A DNA stretch of 64,000 nucleotides from a virus. The notes under the pieces are model-generated. The model made no database searches, was not told where the DNA came from, and saw nothing but the letters and a program-made list of their open reading frames with translations. Both the position numbers and the translations under genes were made by a program. Below are positions 39,218-49,852 of this stretch, in pieces (the stretch's first letter is position 1; each line of letters starts with the position of its first letter). Location: positions 62,101 to 126,100 of IMG/VR virus record IMGVR_UViG_3300025530_000275; one strand, written 5' to 3'.

Positions 39218-41542
39218 TTGGCCGACACTAGGCGCAATACTAAAAATGAACGTGCTATTTTAAGAAATATGAATTCAATACTATCTAATTTGACAAAACT
39301 ATCCAGGGCAACAAATTTCTCCACTTATGGGATCAGCAAAGATCTCTATAGCACTGAAAGAATGTTAAACACCTTGGACCAATTGTCAAAAAAGGATGAA
39401 AAGTCATTAAGGTCTACCGTCCAAGGAAGTATTTATAACAATTCGAGATTGAATACTTTTGGTCTTACATCAAAATCTAGAATTAGTGGCGATGATAAGA
39501 AAGACAGTATTTTTGATATTGTAGCTTCTAATAAAAATCTTTTCTTAGAGCTTAAAAATCATATTATGATGAATGAAAAGCTTTATGAAACCCTTCAAGA
39601 TTATGAAATATTCAGGAGGGCAATACCTCAGGTATCAAGAGTAATAGATCTTCTGATAAACAGTATAGTCACCCCGGAGGCTATAACATCTGAAATTTTT
39701 TCACTTGAATATAATTTTGAGAGTGAAGCAAAAAATTCCCAAGCTAAGAAAATTAGAGAAAAATATGATCTCAATAATAAAGTAAAATCTATTGTAGAGA
39801 ATTATCTAGTCATTGGAACTGAATATGTTACAGTTGTCCCATATAGGTCTATAATTGATTCTATTAAGCAAGATCAATTTAGCCCGGATACTAAATCAAA
39901 AATTGTAAGAGAGTCATTCCTTATAGATTATAATGAGAAAAATAAAAACTCTCATAATATTTTAACTGAGACGACTATTATGGAGGCTCTTGATAAAAAT
40001 CTTAAAGATAAGCTAAAGAATATGGATGGTCAAAAGAAAAAGAAAGCTATTGAAGATTTAAATAATGAGATTAATAAGTATATTAGTAATATTAAAGTTT
40101 ACAAATCTAATAAGAAATTAATGTATGATTCTGCATTGGTAGAAGCAGTTCAATCAGAAGGTGAATTACTGATTGAATCTTCATATGATGAAATGATTGA
40201 TAGAGTTAGTAAGACTAAAATTGATTTCTCTAAAGGTAAGACTGCAAGTGAAGGATTAATACAGTCTTCCAAAGGAAGTCAAAATGATTATGATAAACTC
40301 AAGATTCTTGGATGTAAGATAGAAAGGCTAGATCCTGCAAGGGTATGGCCTCTTAGAATAAAGGATACAGTTATTGCATATATTTACATTGAAGAACGTC
40401 GAGATGATTCTATTAGAATGAATCTTAGACATCATTTCCAGCATTATTTCTCATTCTATAGGACTGCTTCCTCTGAATATAATGAGCATACTATAAAAAT
40501 GCTTGAAAATCAGATTATTAGAAATATAGGTAATGCAGTCTTATCTAATATTTCACCGAGATTCGTTGAGGCGAATTTCGACGACATGGATGTATTTTAT
40601 GAATTCCTCAGAGATCGCCAAATTCATAAAGAGGCTAGAGATATCATCATTCTTCATCCTGACGACGTAATCGAGTTTAGACGTCAACAGGGTTCAATCA
40701 TGAAGAATGCATTGTTTTTCTTAAAATTATACTTGTTACTCCTTCTCAGCAATATTCTTACCAAAGTGAGAAGGGGATCTGACAGAACTGTTTGGTATGT
40801 AAATACTGGATTATCAAATGATATTGAGGGCTCTGTAATGGAAGCAATTGAAGCAGTACAGCAGTCTCAAATCAGATGGTCTGATGTTGGAACAATTAGT
40901 GGAATTGTTGGATCAGTAGGAAGTGTGGTTGACCTCTTTATTCCTCAAGGAGATGGTGGGGAACAACCAATTCGACCCGAGGTTGTATCAGGTCAACAGG
41001 TTGAAATGGATGAGCCATTCCTGCAATTCCTTATCAAATCTATTATTCTCTCATTTAATATACCATCTGTAATTGTCGACTATACGGAAGAAGTAGATTT
41101 TGCAAAAACTTTGTCGATGGCCAATCTCGATATTGCATCATCGAGTGCTCACGCCCAGGCAGAACTTAATGGTCCATTAACAAAACTCTTAAGATATGTA
41201 ATGGCCTATGAGCTTGATCTCTCTAAAGAAGAGATGGATTCTATACATGCTACTCTTATTCCATCAAGAAGTATGCTTATGCAGATAACTAATGAGTTAC
41301 TCAATACTGTTAGAGATCTTGGTCAATCTATGGCTGAGATTACTATCCATGAAGATAACGAAATGCTTAAGAAAATCTTCGTAGAGGAATTCGTAAGAGA
41401 TAACCTGACATATGACTGGAAACATATTGACAAGATCGTTAATGGAATTAAAGAAAGACTTGTTGAAGAAAAGCTTAAAGAAAATATAAAAACTTCTGGA
41501 GAATCTTCGAACGATGGTAGCAGTGGTGGAGAAATGTATTAA
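39218..41542 (+). CDS. portal protein
   Basis: 774 aa; IPQVSRVIDLLINSIV clip-like helix, RRGSDRTVWYV, FNIPSVIV...EVDFAKTL; context beside tail and terminase genes. Confidence 0.7.
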   Translation: MADTRRNTKNERAILRNMNSILSNLTKLSRATNFSTYGISKDLYSTERMLNTLDQLSKKDEKSLRSTVQGSIYNNSRLNTFGLTSKSRISGDDKKDSIFDIVASNKNLFLELKNHIMMNEKLYETLQDYEIFRRAIPQVSRVIDLLINSIVTPEAITSEIFSLEYNFESEAKNSQAKKIREKYDLNNKVKSIVENYLVIGTEYVTVVPYRSIIDSIKQDQFSPDTKSKIVRESFLIDYNEKNKNSHNILTETTIMEALDKNLKDKLKNMDGQKKKKAIEDLNNEINKYISNIKVYKSNKKLMYDSALVEAVQSEGELLIESSYDEMIDRVSKTKIDFSKGKTASEGLIQSSKGSQNDYDKLKILGCKIERLDPARVWPLRIKDTVIAYIYIEERRDDSIRMNLRHHFQHYFSFYRTASSEYNEHTIKMLENQIIRNIGNAVLSNISPRFVEANFDDMDVFYEFLRDRQIHKEARDIIILHPDDVIEFRRQQGSIMKNALFFLKLYLLLLLSNILTKVRRGSDRTVWYVNTGLSNDIEGSVMEAIEAVQQSQIRWSDVGTISGIVGSVGSVVDLFIPQGDGGEQPIRPEVVSGQQVEMDEPFLQFLIKSIILSFNIPSVIVDYTEEVDFAKTLSMANLDIASSSAHAQAELNGPLTKLLRYVMAYELDLSKEEMDSIHATLIPSRSMLMQITNELLNTVRDLGQSMAEITIHEDNEMLKKIFVEEFVRDNLTYDWKHIDKIVNGIKERLVEEKLKENIKTSGESSNDGSSGGEMY

Positions 41543-41552
41543 TCGAAAAAAT

Positions 41553-41590
41553 AACACCCCATACTCCGATATACGGAGTATGGGGTTGTT
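41553..41590. terminator. bidirectional intrinsic terminator
   Basis: CCCCATACTCCG/CGGAGTATGGGG stem between convergent genes. Confidence 0.85.
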
Positions 41591-41593
41591 TTG

Positions 41594-42403
41594 TTAAATG
41601 ATCGTCGTTTGAGGTTGAACTGCTTGACCGTTGAGATTTCCGCCCGGATGGAACGGATTGTGAACAACCCGGCCATCACGAACAGCCGAGGTCATGTAGT
41701 AGTTAATGACCCGTTTCCGTTCGGCAAGCATTTGTTCAGCTCTCATATTGATCTCAGGGCCATATCTCAGAACACCTCTCATAGAGATGTCATGACCTTC
41801 AACGATTCCGATTTCCCCTGCATTCAGGTGATAAATTTCCCGAGGCAAGGAAATCGGCATAGCAGCCGTAATATAGTGTGCACGACCTTGAATTTCAGTC
41901 ATTTCAGGGTTCGTATTGCACACAATGAACGATGCGGTATGGTTTTCCAAAGAGTAACCACCGGGCATAGACGAAGCCATACCTTTGTAGTCCTTAATCT
42001 TGGACACCTCGTCACCGCCTACCAGATACAGCCATTCTTGGATCATATTGTAGACCGGCAACTTCTTGAATTCTAGGCAACGAATAGTGAAAGTATCGAA
42101 GTTGCTTTCAGTATATGTTGCATGAGGAACTTTCCGGTCTGCGAATCCATGAACTTGATCTTGGTAGTTTACCGTAATTTCAGGCAATCCGGTGAAGCTT
42201 GTTGAAGTACGTTCAAAAATAGCTTTAAAGTTTGCGCCGAATTGCGTACCGAAGACTTGGTCGTGTTTAATCAGTACCGGAGGTACGCGAATCACAAATA
42301 TGTGGACATATCCGGTATAAGCCGGGTCAAAATTTTTCAGCTGATCTTTACTAAGGTTGGGAACCCCCAACCAGAGCGCGTAAGGGCTAAGAACTTCCGC
42401 CAT
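41594..42403 (-). CDS. tail tube protein
   Basis: Immediately downstream of sheath; beta-rich; high-expression codon bias. Confidence 0.7.
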   Translation of the reverse strand: MAEVLSPYALWLGVPNLSKDQLKNFDPAYTGYVHIFVIRVPPVLIKHDQVFGTQFGANFKAIFERTSTSFTGLPEITVNYQDQVHGFADRKVPHATYTESNFDTFTIRCLEFKKLPVYNMIQEWLYLVGGDEVSKIKDYKGMASSMPGGYSLENHTASFIVCNTNPEMTEIQGRAHYITAAMPISLPREIYHLNAGEIGIVEGHDISMRGVLRYGPEINMRAEQMLAERKRVINYYMTSAVRDGRVVHNPFHPGGNLNGQAVQPQTTII

Positions 42404-42436
42404 TTATATTTACCTCCTTTATTTTTTATGTTTCGA

Positions 42437-44221
42437 TCAGACGATCGTGAACGTAAACGTGGTACCTTTGTTGATATACTTGAAGCGGACCGTAATCGTT
42501 ACGTTGACACGATTCCGATCATCACCATAATTGCCTGCCCGTGCCGTTTCAATGCTGAGCTCGCCGACTTTCCCTGCCATTTCAATTTCAAGACGCTGTT
42601 GAATCCGTGCGCCGTAGCGTTCGATATCTGCGTCTTCGAGGAAGTTCCAGCGTTCAGCTTTAGCTTCGAGTAAGCAGGAACGGATCATTTGGTGAAGGAG
42701 GTGTACGTTGTTACGCTCACCCAGACCAAGTGACCGTACTTTCAAAGAAGTTGCTTGATGGAATCCCTGATAACCGGACGAGTCCTCCATAGCAAAGTTG
42801 ATTTGGTTGTCGACCAGTTTTTCAGCGGAATCACTGTTTTCATCATAGATAATAGGTCGATAAGTTCCAGGAATGATATTGTCGTAGGTGTAGTTGGCAC
42901 CTGCAAACGGACGCGCCCCGCCTTCGAAGGTGTTAACATGATTCGGAATCGAGAATGCTTCGAAGAAGGACAGAGGCATTACGATTTTCTTATTCGTGAA
43001 CGGATCGCGGAAAGTAGCGACGCCACCAACAATGACAACCTTTTCGTTGCTGTAAGTGATACCACCGCTAACCCGAGCATTAACAATAGCTGTTACAGTT
43101 TTATTGTCACGACCCGTATCAATAATAGCTTTAGTAGTTTTGCGACGTTGAGCAAATGCGACGATTGCATCTTTGACCTCTTGAGGAGCGCCGAAGTCAA
43201 ATACATAGTCAATAAAGTATTTGTACTCGTTCTCCAACATTTGGGTCGGAATCTCATCGAATGCCTCAACATAGCGATCCATCATGGCGTCTTCGCGGTT
43301 CGGTTGATCAACCGCAAAGGTACCGTCGCTACCACCTTCCATCGCAATACCACCAGAAGCAGTATAATCGACGGAAGATTCGAGGATTACATAGTCCGGA
43401 TATGGTTGGTTATCCTTAGTTCTTCCGAAGAAGATATCAGGTTTATCCAATTCCGTTTCCGGAATATAGTCTTTAATAGCCTGGATATATTGATTATAAG
43501 TGGAAAGCACATTGAAGAACACGTTCATGGACTGCTCTTCGAAAATATCATTAGCATAAATGCTTTGTCCATCCAGGGTTGCATTCTCATCGAATGTAAA
43601 CCCAATGGATTGAGGAGATGCAGACGGAGATTCACGAGTTTCCAGAGTATATGCTTTCTGATCGATTTGCTTATCGAGGGACGTATTCGGAATCAAGCGG
43701 AATGTAAATTTATTACCTTCCACACCTTTCCAGTTAATTCCCGTGATAGCAATCGGGTAGACCATAAACCCGTCAGCATCTGGGTTAAGATTGAGGAGAG
43801 CTTCAGCATCAGTAATCATAGTTTCAAGATCAGTTGCATTATCAAGCGTACGGTTTTCGAACACAACTTCAGCTTTCCCTGCATTATTTCCCTCGTTCGG
43901 GAACCGCACTTTGGCTACGATAACAATATGGCCATGCGCAGCCGTTCTCGATACGATGCGGCGAATATACACGTCACCGCCACCACGAAGAAATTCATAA
44001 GCATAGTACAAAGGCGCAAGAGTGGTCAAAATGTTCGGTTGACCATAATTCTTCACAAGAGTTCCATGCGTATTTGCTTGGAACAGCTTGATTTCATCAT
44101 CCTTACCAAAACCCTTTGTCGAGAAAATCGGAATGAATGCACGGGGCCGGTCAGGAGATGTTACCGCTGGAGTTTCCGGCGTGAACGTCGACTGGTCCAC
44201 AATTACGATTTTATCAAACAT
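42437..44221 (-). CDS. tail sheath protein
   Basis: 594 aa; GGSDG, C-terminal VNVTITVRF sheath-like strand; codon bias; tandem late motifs upstream. Confidence 0.82.
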   Translation of the reverse strand: MFDKIVIVDQSTFTPETPAVTSPDRPRAFIPIFSTKGFGKDDEIKLFQANTHGTLVKNYGQPNILTTLAPLYYAYEFLRGGGDVYIRRIVSRTAAHGHIVIVAKVRFPNEGNNAGKAEVVFENRTLDNATDLETMITDAEALLNLNPDADGFMVYPIAITGINWKGVEGNKFTFRLIPNTSLDKQIDQKAYTLETRESPSASPQSIGFTFDENATLDGQSIYANDIFEEQSMNVFFNVLSTYNQYIQAIKDYIPETELDKPDIFFGRTKDNQPYPDYVILESSVDYTASGGIAMEGGSDGTFAVDQPNREDAMMDRYVEAFDEIPTQMLENEYKYFIDYVFDFGAPQEVKDAIVAFAQRRKTTKAIIDTGRDNKTVTAIVNARVSGGITYSNEKVVIVGGVATFRDPFTNKKIVMPLSFFEAFSIPNHVNTFEGGARPFAGANYTYDNIIPGTYRPIIYDENSDSAEKLVDNQINFAMEDSSGYQGFHQATSLKVRSLGLGERNNVHLLHQMIRSCLLEAKAERWNFLEDADIERYGARIQQRLEIEMAGKVGELSIETARAGNYGDDRNRVNVTITVRFKYINKGTTFTFTIV

Positions 44222-44259
44222 CTGTGGTATACCTCCTCTTTAGTGAGTAAATTAGTATT

Positions 44260-44292
44260 TAATTCAATGTTGGTTTACACCATATAAGTGTT
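44260..44292 (-). promoter_or_regulatory. tandem late promoters AACA-N6-TR
   Basis: AACACTTATATG (44292-44281) and AACATTGAATTA (44271-44260); same motif at 444, 1753, 11407, 19314(+), 32584, 45059, 54281, 54328(+), 59571; matches the AR9 late consensus. Confidence 0.75.
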
Positions 44293-44302
44293 GTCTGGAG
44301 CG

Positions 44303-45037
44303 CTAATTTCCCTTTATAACCTTCTCTATAGGACTAATAGACTTAACATTTTTATCATCTCTATTATCAGAGACAGTCAACATGAATTTTATATCCTCAA
44401 AACTTATAGCAGCTAATGTAGAAGTAAAAGCTGAGTTTTCCCTAATATTAAGAGCTTTTATTTTTGAATTATCAGTATCTTTTGACGTAACAACCATTCT
44501 TGCAGGACGAGAATAATCATTTTTGTCCCTATATACTTCAGATATTGTCAAGTGTTGAATATATTGAGGTACTCCGAGTTTCGTATCATGAATCTTTTGA
44601 ACTTTATTCTCAATCTCAGGCAATTTCCCATAAGGGGCCCTAATTTTTCCATCATTTCTAAGACTAACAAATCTCTCTACCATTATAGATGTTTTTACAA
44701 TATACCTATTATGCACAATAGGCGACCCTTTATAGTAAGTAAATACTTTAAATTTTTCCATTTCTCCATACAGATCAAGCTCTGTCGTAGATACATCATC
44801 CGGTCTGGTTGTTACAATAGAAGGGAACAAGAAATCTCCATAATCCTTTTTACCTGAATCATTTTCACTATGATAGAGCTTATATTTCACAATAAAAAAT
44901 AGATTATAAATTTCCCCATCTTGAACTGCTAATTTAGATTCAAAATAACTTTCAGGTACAAAAATTTCGCATTTATAGGTATCCAATAGTATGGAAGACC
45001 CATCTTGCTTGAAATATTGTTTATCTAAAGCACTCAA
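44303..45037 (-). CDS. conserved protein resembling the extreme C-terminal segment of RNAP beta' (possible virion RNAP fragment)
   Basis: VPQYIQHLTISEVYRD...STLAAISFED...SPIE parallels IPSVHIEMLLRNLIRK...SVTLGLMFEK of the beta'-C in this window; late promoter. Confidence 0.45.
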   Translation of the reverse strand: MSALDKQYFKQDGSSILLDTYKCEIFVPESYFESKLAVQDGEIYNLFFIVKYKLYHSENDSGKKDYGDFLFPSIVTTRPDDVSTTELDLYGEMEKFKVFTYYKGSPIVHNRYIVKTSIMVERFVSLRNDGKIRAPYGKLPEIENKVQKIHDTKLGVPQYIQHLTISEVYRDKNDYSRPARMVVTSKDTDNSKIKALNIRENSAFTSTLAAISFEDIKFMLTVSDNRDDKNVKSISPIEKVIKGN

Positions 45038-45149
45038 TTAACCACACCTCCTACTCATTATCGTTTTGTTCCTTATTTTTATATTAATCCGTTATTTTCA
45101 AAAAAAAAAATAAAATCGCAACCGGTTATTTTTCCGGTTGCGACTTCTT

Positions 45150-46616
45150 TTATTTTGCTAACATAAGACGGTCTTTGATACCTTCGACCAATTCCATGAG
45201 TAGTGTATTACAAGCGTCATCATAAAGAGCCTGGCTAAGAAGCTTCATTGTGTATGAAAGCACATATTTCATATGAGTGCTATTATTAACAACCGAAGGC
45301 TTAAATGTTCTAGCCAAAATATACGAGATTGCAATTGCGGCATTTCTTGCCTCTTTGATATCATCAGCCTTAATATCATTTTCTTTAATAAATTGCTTAA
45401 TGTCAATCTTATCTTCAGTTTCAACTTCTTCCTTTTTGGCCTTAGGATCTACTTTAGGCTCTTGCCCCCTTAGGATCATACCCATTTCGATATATTCACT
45501 AGGGGTCAATTGCTTGATACTCTCATATGTTCCCCTCATAATTGCCATCTCCAAGAAGCTTACCCATATTGAGGTAAGTGCTTCAGCGACATTTGCTTTG
45601 ACGCTAAAGTTTGGAGGGATTGGGAACGCCACATTCATTGTAGGATCATTATGCAGTCTTCCAATGAAATCCAAAATAGCTTTATTAAGAATCTTAGGAG
45701 ATTTAAAATCTTTCAGAATTTTATCAGCACCATTTTCACATTTAGTATAAATGTATCTGAAATCAAGAGTTTCTTCAACGGCTCTAATTTTATCTTTAGT
45801 AACTTCCTTCTCTTTTTCCATGAAAGGATTATTTTCATAACCCTCTCTACTATTCAGATATTCAAGATATAATTCGAGATATTTCTTATATTTATGAAAT
45901 TCAGTGGGGTAAGTTTCAGAATCGTTCTCTATTTTATTCCGAATATCCTCTTGGACTTTATCCACATCAAGGCTCTGGAAGAATTTAATATGTCGATTAA
46001 TTTCTTCAGTCGCATCAATAATTTCTTGATACTCAATAATCCCATCTTTAAAATCGACAAGAAGTTTCCTAGCAAGGGATACATAATCCTTGGGGTTAAA
46101 TTTCTTAATGCGATCAAAAACTTCGGCCCCATAAATATTTTTAATCTCAGCAGCAGAAAGATTTCTAATATCTTTTTTATCCAAATTAATAATTTTTTCT
46201 TCAATGGATGAAATAATTTCATCAGCATCTTCATCGTCTAAATCTTCTGGTATAAGCACTGTCAGACTTTGTTTCACAATATTCGAGAGATATCGTTTGA
46301 TATTTTCCGGCTCAAGTTCTTGCAAGGAGTTAATTTCAGGCAGATCATTTCCCGTCCCAGGAAGTCTCTCTCCTGTAATTCCATCCTCTACCACTACGCC
46401 GGTTGCTTTTTCCAAACCAACATCTTTCTTTCCGAGTTCTTCAAGAAGCTCCTCACGGCTTTTTCCTGCAAAAATATCTCCTTCTTCAGTAAAAGCTTTA
46501 ATAGGAGTAGGCTCCTGATTGGGGTGATTTTGCAGGACAGTAAGAGGAACCACATTATCTTTAATAGTGATAGCAGCCTCCCCAACTTTTTCTTTAGAGT
46601 TTTTCCTTTTCGCCAT
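45150..46616 (-). CDS. hypothetical protein
   Basis: 488 aa ORF coupled to the upstream gene. Confidence 0.75.
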   Translation of the reverse strand: MAKRKNSKEKVGEAAITIKDNVVPLTVLQNHPNQEPTPIKAFTEEGDIFAGKSREELLEELGKKDVGLEKATGVVVEDGITGERLPGTGNDLPEINSLQELEPENIKRYLSNIVKQSLTVLIPEDLDDEDADEIISSIEEKIINLDKKDIRNLSAAEIKNIYGAEVFDRIKKFNPKDYVSLARKLLVDFKDGIIEYQEIIDATEEINRHIKFFQSLDVDKVQEDIRNKIENDSETYPTEFHKYKKYLELYLEYLNSREGYENNPFMEKEKEVTKDKIRAVEETLDFRYIYTKCENGADKILKDFKSPKILNKAILDFIGRLHNDPTMNVAFPIPPNFSVKANVAEALTSIWVSFLEMAIMRGTYESIKQLTPSEYIEMGMILRGQEPKVDPKAKKEEVETEDKIDIKQFIKENDIKADDIKEARNAAIAISYILARTFKPSVVNNSTHMKYVLSYTMKLLSQALYDDACNTLLMELVEGIKDRLMLAK

Positions 46617-47443
46617 TACTCATTCTCCTCATCCATTTTAATTGTGATATTGAATACTTCGATCAGATTATCTGTGATTGAAAGAATAATGTTTCTGTCA
46701 TATTCTCCATCTACGATTTGCTGAAGGATATTATAAACAATATCCGATTCATCAATGAACTTCCAAGAAATAGAAGGCATTCCATCTTCATCCCTATCGG
46801 ATAGGGATTCAATATCTCCAGAACGTGATGCATATCTAATGAAAGTTTCAAAGTCAAAGTCAAGATGACCAACTTGTTTGATAAGTTCATCAATATTACT
46901 TACAGCAATATATTTATCATTATCTTGATCTGGCTCCAATCTTTCGACCACTTGAGTATTCAAAAGCTCTTCCGGAATACCAGCAATAAGAGACTTATAA
47001 TTTTCAATAATATAATTCAAAAGAAAAGAGGTTGTAATATCTTTCAGCTCGATTACAAAAAATTTATACATATCATAGGCAACCGTCTTAAGGGAATCAT
47101 CATCGTAATCAATTTCGACATTATACCTGTCTTGAATCCAATAGATTATATTCCTATATAGTTCCTCTTCAAAAAGAATAGCTGCATGATAATCATCTTC
47201 ATGATATTTTTCAGAAATTTCTTCAAGTTTCATTCTAAATTGGTAAATATAATCGACATTATTACATTCTAATCCTTCATAAATTTGCTCTTTTATAGCC
47301 TCCGTATAGAATTCATTATCTATGAATTCTATAATGTTGCGAACGTTACTTTCGTTCTGAGGACCGTCGTCAAATTCAAGGTCTATCACAACAGTTCCCT
47401 CCATTTTTGTTTTTAAATGTATATTAATTCTATGGTTTAACAA
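46616..47443 (-). CDS. acidic hypothetical protein
   Basis: 275 aa ORF; real start probably internal. Confidence 0.7.
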   Translation of the reverse strand: MLNHRINIHLKTKMEGTVVIDLEFDDGPQNESNVRNIIEFIDNEFYTEAIKEQIYEGLECNNVDYIYQFRMKLEEISEKYHEDDYHAAILFEEELYRNIIYWIQDRYNVEIDYDDDSLKTVAYDMYKFFVIELKDITTSFLLNYIIENYKSLIAGIPEELLNTQVVERLEPDQDNDKYIAVSNIDELIKQVGHLDFDFETFIRYASRSGDIESLSDRDEDGMPSISWKFIDESDIVYNILQQIVDGEYDRNIILSITDNLIEVFNITIKMDEENE

Positions 47444-47497
47444 TAATATTTTTATATGTAAAAACGGTCTAGGAAAAAATCCTAGACCGTCACACTT

Positions 47498-49684
47498 CTA
47501 CCACCATGAATTGCCTGTATATCTATCAGACACACCAAATAGTGAATTTTTTAGATTAGTTGATCCTTGTTGACCATTAAACATTCGTCCAGCAGCTCTT
47601 GCATTCAACTCCCTGAATGCGTTTTTCCTAATTTTAGAACCAGCAAATCCTTGAGTTTCAAATAAAGTACTTACACCATTATCGCTAGCTTCAAGATCAA
47701 AAATTTCTTGCTGAACTTCTCTCTCATAGTCATCTATAAATAAAAGATCTTCAAATAACCCTGCAAAATAGGGATTTGAATCTACTATAGATTTTACTTT
47801 TAGCTGCTTAAAGATTTTAGCAACTTTATCTTCTTTAACCCCTTTTTCCTCGATCTCATCTCCATCGAAGTTAAAGGGATTGAACAGACCAAACCTTGCA
47901 AGGTTTCTACCATAGAACATAACGTAGATACATGCAAGGTAAGCAAATATGGCGTCGTCATGTTGACCAGAGGAGTGTTCAATTCTATTTTCATTCTTAT
48001 ACTCAAGATGCCTGATCTGATCAACAAGCTCTCTTGCATTGATTTTAGATTTATATTTAGATACGAATTGAAGTAACAGCTCCATCATCTTAGGACGAGT
48101 AGCTGATGTTACTTCATGACCGTATATAATTCTATTCTTAGGTTTCTTTTGGATAATTCCATCTTTACGAGTTTCCTCAGCAAGTCTTACAGCATAATCG
48201 AAATATAGATGATGTTTGAGTGAACTATGTCTAAGATCTTCAATTATAGCATCCCCGATATTGTTATTCTCGATAATCAGTACTGAGTTCGGGAAGTGGT
48301 CATGTACTAATGTTAATAAGAAACGTTTTAATTCTTTAGATCTAATAGTATTATTTATAAATAGACCAACTATTTCTAAGGTCTGAGAATCGACGATTGC
48401 AACTGCCGTTGAGTCACGACCGATACCCTTAGAAACGTCGACCCCTATTAAGTATCTTCTATAAGGATCAAATTCTCTGTAAATATAAACTTCATAGTAT
48501 TTATTAACCCTAATAGTTTTAATCGGAGGAATAGCCATACTATCCAGCTCATCAATATCTTCAGGAAGGAAAGGAGAATTACTAGATGATTTGTTCCATT
48601 GAAGGAGCAATTCACGACGAATCTTGATCCAGTTATGGTTCATCCGCCTACATTGCTCTTCAAACCATTCCATATCCTTTCCAAGTTGTAGGAAGGAGAA
48701 TGATATATAAACCATCCCATTACTTGAGTTCTTCTGGAGCCATGTCTGTATCTCATCAGGGTCCATATCGTATAGGGACTCACTAAATCTAGCTGCCCTT
48801 TCTTTCAGATTGAAACCATATTCACCATGTGCAGTTGCTCTGTCTCCAGGAGTACTGGTTATACATATAGCATATGGCTTACCGTTTTTAGCTGCGTTCT
48901 CAGAGGCTTTAGAGAATGCAGGAATAGCAGCGGCATGAATTGTTTCATTAAGGAGTATAAAGTTAAACTCGTCAAACCATATAGAAGGAACTGAAAGACC
49001 ACGACCAACACGTTCAGCTGATTGGACGTTTCTAGCCCCAGCTTTAGTAATAATAGTATTTTTAAGCTTCTTATTTTTGATCTCATTAACATTGTCGGTA
49101 TCTTTCTTAAGCTGCCCTGTCTTTTCATCGAGAGTAAATACCATCTGCATATATTCAGGTAATAGAGATCTGCTCTCTTTGAGACGAGTCAAGTTGGAGA
49201 CTGACGCGGCCTTATCCATGTTCATGAATATCGTAGTAGACGAAGTTGTTCCATATGAGAATTGCCATAGATACCTCTGAACCGCACCTGTGGTTTTACC
49301 AAACTGACGAGGAAGTTCCAAGAAATGGCTTATATTATGCTCAAAACAAAATGCTTGTGCAAGGTTTCCACGATGTAATTGGAAAGGCGTACCGCCACCG
49401 ACTTCGGTCGAAGCACCTTCCTCTGGTATCCTTGCTATCTCCCTTAGGAAATAGTAATAGTTCCTAGACACTTCAACGAGAACTTTACCCATCTCCTCGG
49501 GACTTAGATCGGGATCATAAGGATCTATATGAATAAGATCCTCATCATATAATTTAAGCATAAAGTCATAGTTCTTAATTCCAGCCTTCTTTAAAAGTAA
49601 AGCAACTTTTAAGAAGGAAGTATTGGTGGTCTCCCAGTGTACGTAATACTCCTCTTCGTATTTATTATAGGGACGTTTGAGCAT
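47498..49684 (-). CDS. terL: terminase large subunit
   Basis: PRQFGKT Walker A, WFDEF Walker B, TSTPG, IGVDVS nuclease, HDDAIFA. Confidence 0.93.
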   Translation of the reverse strand: MLKRPYNKYEEEYYVHWETTNTSFLKVALLLKKAGIKNYDFMLKLYDEDLIHIDPYDPDLSPEEMGKVLVEVSRNYYYFLREIARIPEEGASTEVGGGTPFQLHRGNLAQAFCFEHNISHFLELPRQFGKTTGAVQRYLWQFSYGTTSSTTIFMNMDKAASVSNLTRLKESRSLLPEYMQMVFTLDEKTGQLKKDTDNVNEIKNKKLKNTIITKAGARNVQSAERVGRGLSVPSIWFDEFNFILLNETIHAAAIPAFSKASENAAKNGKPYAICITSTPGDRATAHGEYGFNLKERAARFSESLYDMDPDEIQTWLQKNSSNGMVYISFSFLQLGKDMEWFEEQCRRMNHNWIKIRRELLLQWNKSSSNSPFLPEDIDELDSMAIPPIKTIRVNKYYEVYIYREFDPYRRYLIGVDVSKGIGRDSTAVAIVDSQTLEIVGLFINNTIRSKELKRFLLTLVHDHFPNSVLIIENNNIGDAIIEDLRHSSLKHHLYFDYAVRLAEETRKDGIIQKKPKNRIIYGHEVTSATRPKMMELLLQFVSKYKSKINARELVDQIRHLEYKNENRIEHSSGQHDDAIFAYLACIYVMFYGRNLARFGLFNPFNFDGDEIEEKGVKEDKVAKIFKQLKVKSIVDSNPYFAGLFEDLLFIDDYEREVQQEIFDLEASDNGVSTLFETQGFAGSKIRKNAFRELNARAAGRMFNGQQGSTNLKNSLFGVSDRYTGNSWW

Positions 49685-49852
49685 TATCTCACCTACTTTC
49701 AGACGTAATTTCCGTAATAGTTTATTAATAGTTCAGTAAAGCAATATGTACATACTAGAATTTCTCCCTTAAGGAACATAGAGAAATATAGATATAGAAA
49801 ATAAAAAATCCCAAGGAGTGATTCCTTGGGAAATCATTCACATAAAAGTCGA

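Noticed and set aside
42755-44287. 510-aa ORF antisense to the sheath gene
   Set aside because: Same codon-bias shadow effect
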